Shown here: one piece after another, positions 62,184-64,000 of the stretch
How the letters are laid out: every line of letters begins with the position of its first letter
Numbering within the stretch: position 1 is the stretch's first letter
Source of the DNA: Phaeosaccion multiseriatum
Taxonomy: Eukaryota > Protista > Ochrophyta, other classes
Assembly (NCBI GenBank): GCA_965112735.1
Contig: OZ218954.1
Coordinates: 124,001-188,000, forward strand
Direction: 5' to 3'
Length of the DNA stretch: 64,000 bases
Notes under the pieces: generated by a model
What the model saw: the letters and a program-made list of their open reading frames with translations, nothing else
Database searches by the model: none
What the model was told of the DNA's origin: nothing
Position numbers and translations under genes: made by a program

Positions 62184-62392
62184 TCCCATTGTCATCTCGT
62201 CAAATCTCGTTCATACCCCCCACCGTCGGAGTGAAACGGGTTTTTTTGGTCGCTAAAAAACTCCGCACTTGCTCCACTCCAACGACGTACTCGCACCGAT
62301 GACTTGATGCACCGCCGCTCCTCCTTTACCCATCAATCTCTCCGACAAGTGTGCCTCCTTGTACCGGTTGTGTTCCCTTGCATTGCTTGTGA

Positions 62393-62490
62393 ATGGGAAG
62401 CGTGAGCTCCAGCTCCTCGGTGAGGCCATACCCGCTGCCTGAATCGGCACGAGGAGTCGGCAGAAATAGGAAAGGGGTCAAGGCAAAGCC

Positions 62491-62526
<36 letters not shown>

Positions 62527-63179
62527 TGATGATGAACAGCAAGGGAGAGGAACAAGCGATCCTGCTTCACCTGTAACTGCCACGGGAAGAGGAGTGGGCT
62601 TGCTAAACAATGACGAAGATGCTGTTACACAGGATTCTCCTCCCCCCACAATCCCCTCTTCTCACGGCGGGGAGCGAGGTGGAGGAGGGCCCCATTCGAC
62701 TGATACTAAGCTGAAGGTGAACAAGGCGAGGCCGGTGGAGGTAGTGAAAGCCCGAGTGCCCCCCCACCCTGACCGTCAGCCCTCGCACGTGCATCTGCAC
62801 GGAGTCTCCAAGCGTGACAAGGTTTGTATTCTTCTCTCTTTCTCTCTCTATATATCTATCTTTCCATCTCTCTCTCTTCTCTCTCTGTCTCTCTTCTCTC
62901 TCTATCAATCTCTCTATCCCTTCTCTCTCTATCTTCTCTCTGTCTCTTTCTCTCTGTCTCTCTGTCTCTGTGTGTGTGCATGGGGGCAGGTGGGGATGCA
63001 ATTCATCCTGTTATTAACTCTCCACTCTTCTTGCTCTCAGTCCAAACCATCTCCACCCTGCCCCTCTCTCTCTGTCTACCCTTGGTGAAGATGCGGGCCC
63101 ATCCGGGGCAGGGCAGCAGCATTAACAGTCCATCAACTGCCATCCCCAGCGCGCTCCCTGAAGCAAGACAGCCCCAGCG

Positions 63180-63221
<42 letters not shown>

Positions 63222-63776
63222 AGTGCGATGCACCCCGATCCTCACAACGACGGAGACCACCACCGACGTCGTCGCCAGTGCTCACCAAGGCCGTAGCACC
63301 ACGACCACCACCACTGTTACCTACCCGGGCTGGGATGCTGGCTCCGACTCCTCCGACGGGGGGCATGAACAGGATGGTGGTGGGCCGGGGCAGACACGCT
63401 TCAGAAGCTTCGTGCGGGCTCGACGGACCTTCTTTCGCGCTATGGCTCTCGTCTCTGAAACACCGATTGGTGCTACGCTGGGACACCACACTCACAGGGC
63501 TTCCCCACATACGCCAACACGGAAATCTATCCCTGGGGCGGTAGGACAGGGGGGGGGGGCAGCAAGTCCCCTCCCAGGAGCAGCAGTTGGTGATAAGGCA
63601 GTCGCTCAAGGGCAAGGGCAAAAGCCATATGTGATGTCTGCGGAGTGTGTGGAGGAGGGCTTCAGTGAGGGCAGCAGCAGGGATCGAGACAAAGACTCAA
63701 CTGTCACAGTCACAGATGGCAGCAACGACACCCACCGAGACGATGATGCTGATGATGATGCGGATGATGATGCTGC

Positions 63777-63822
<46 letters not shown>

Positions 63823-63823
63823 A

Positions 63824-63875
<52 letters not shown>

Positions 63876-64000
63876 CGGGGGTCACGTCATTGTCGGGGAC
63901 CGTCCTGCGAGCCTTCGAATCTGCGAGCGTCGCCAGGGAGTGCACACGCTAAGGAGCGTTTTGCGTGACTTATCTCTGCGGCAGCGCCTCCGAGAGTTCA
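62393..64000 (+). CDS. Low-complexity protein of unknown function (poly-Q, poly-D), 3'-truncated by the window edge
   Basis: Exon 62393-62821 (donor aag|gtttgt) joins in frame to an exon from 63091 that stays open to the end of the window. It starts MGSVSS. Confidence 0.55.

Noticed and set aside
63548-63559. Suspected frameshift at a G homopolymer
   Set aside because: Codon counting shows the frame continues uninterrupted (GQGGGAASPLPG).
1-64000. rRNA, tRNA, transposase or reverse transcriptase genes
   Set aside because: None recognised by eye; small ncRNAs cannot be excluded without a covariance-model search.

Overview
Eukaryotic, GC-rich, intron-dense and microsatellite-rich genomic DNA. 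It is most consistent with a flagellated stramenopile/ochrophyte alga; this is inferred from gene families and the species was not identified. Splicing GT(GC)-AG exons by hand in frame gives about 12 genes: an intronless ankyrin-like ORF, a lipoyl-domain/KGD4(MRPS36)-like fusion, LRRC51, an OFD1-like LisH coiled-coil protein, an orphan 7TM protein, an SLC35A-type nucleotide-sugar transporter, a CaaX-terminated ankyrin protein, an ankyrin + HET/TIR-like protein, a second nearly intronless ankyrin gene, a di-copper tyrosinase, a degenerate UPRTase and a partial low-complexity gene. There is also a MITE-like element. The most unusual signal is a small vocabulary of fixed 10-12-mers (GGATGGCAGT, GTTGGTGATAC, GGTGTCAGGAC, TTACGTAA and others) written throughout introns and exons in several reading frames on both strands. 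In introns the main motif is polarised relative to the transcript: G-rich form near donors, complement near acceptors, with co-varying copies in two introns. Many introns also start with tandem duplications of the donor region. All gene models are manual and have no transcript or database support; motif counts are by eye.
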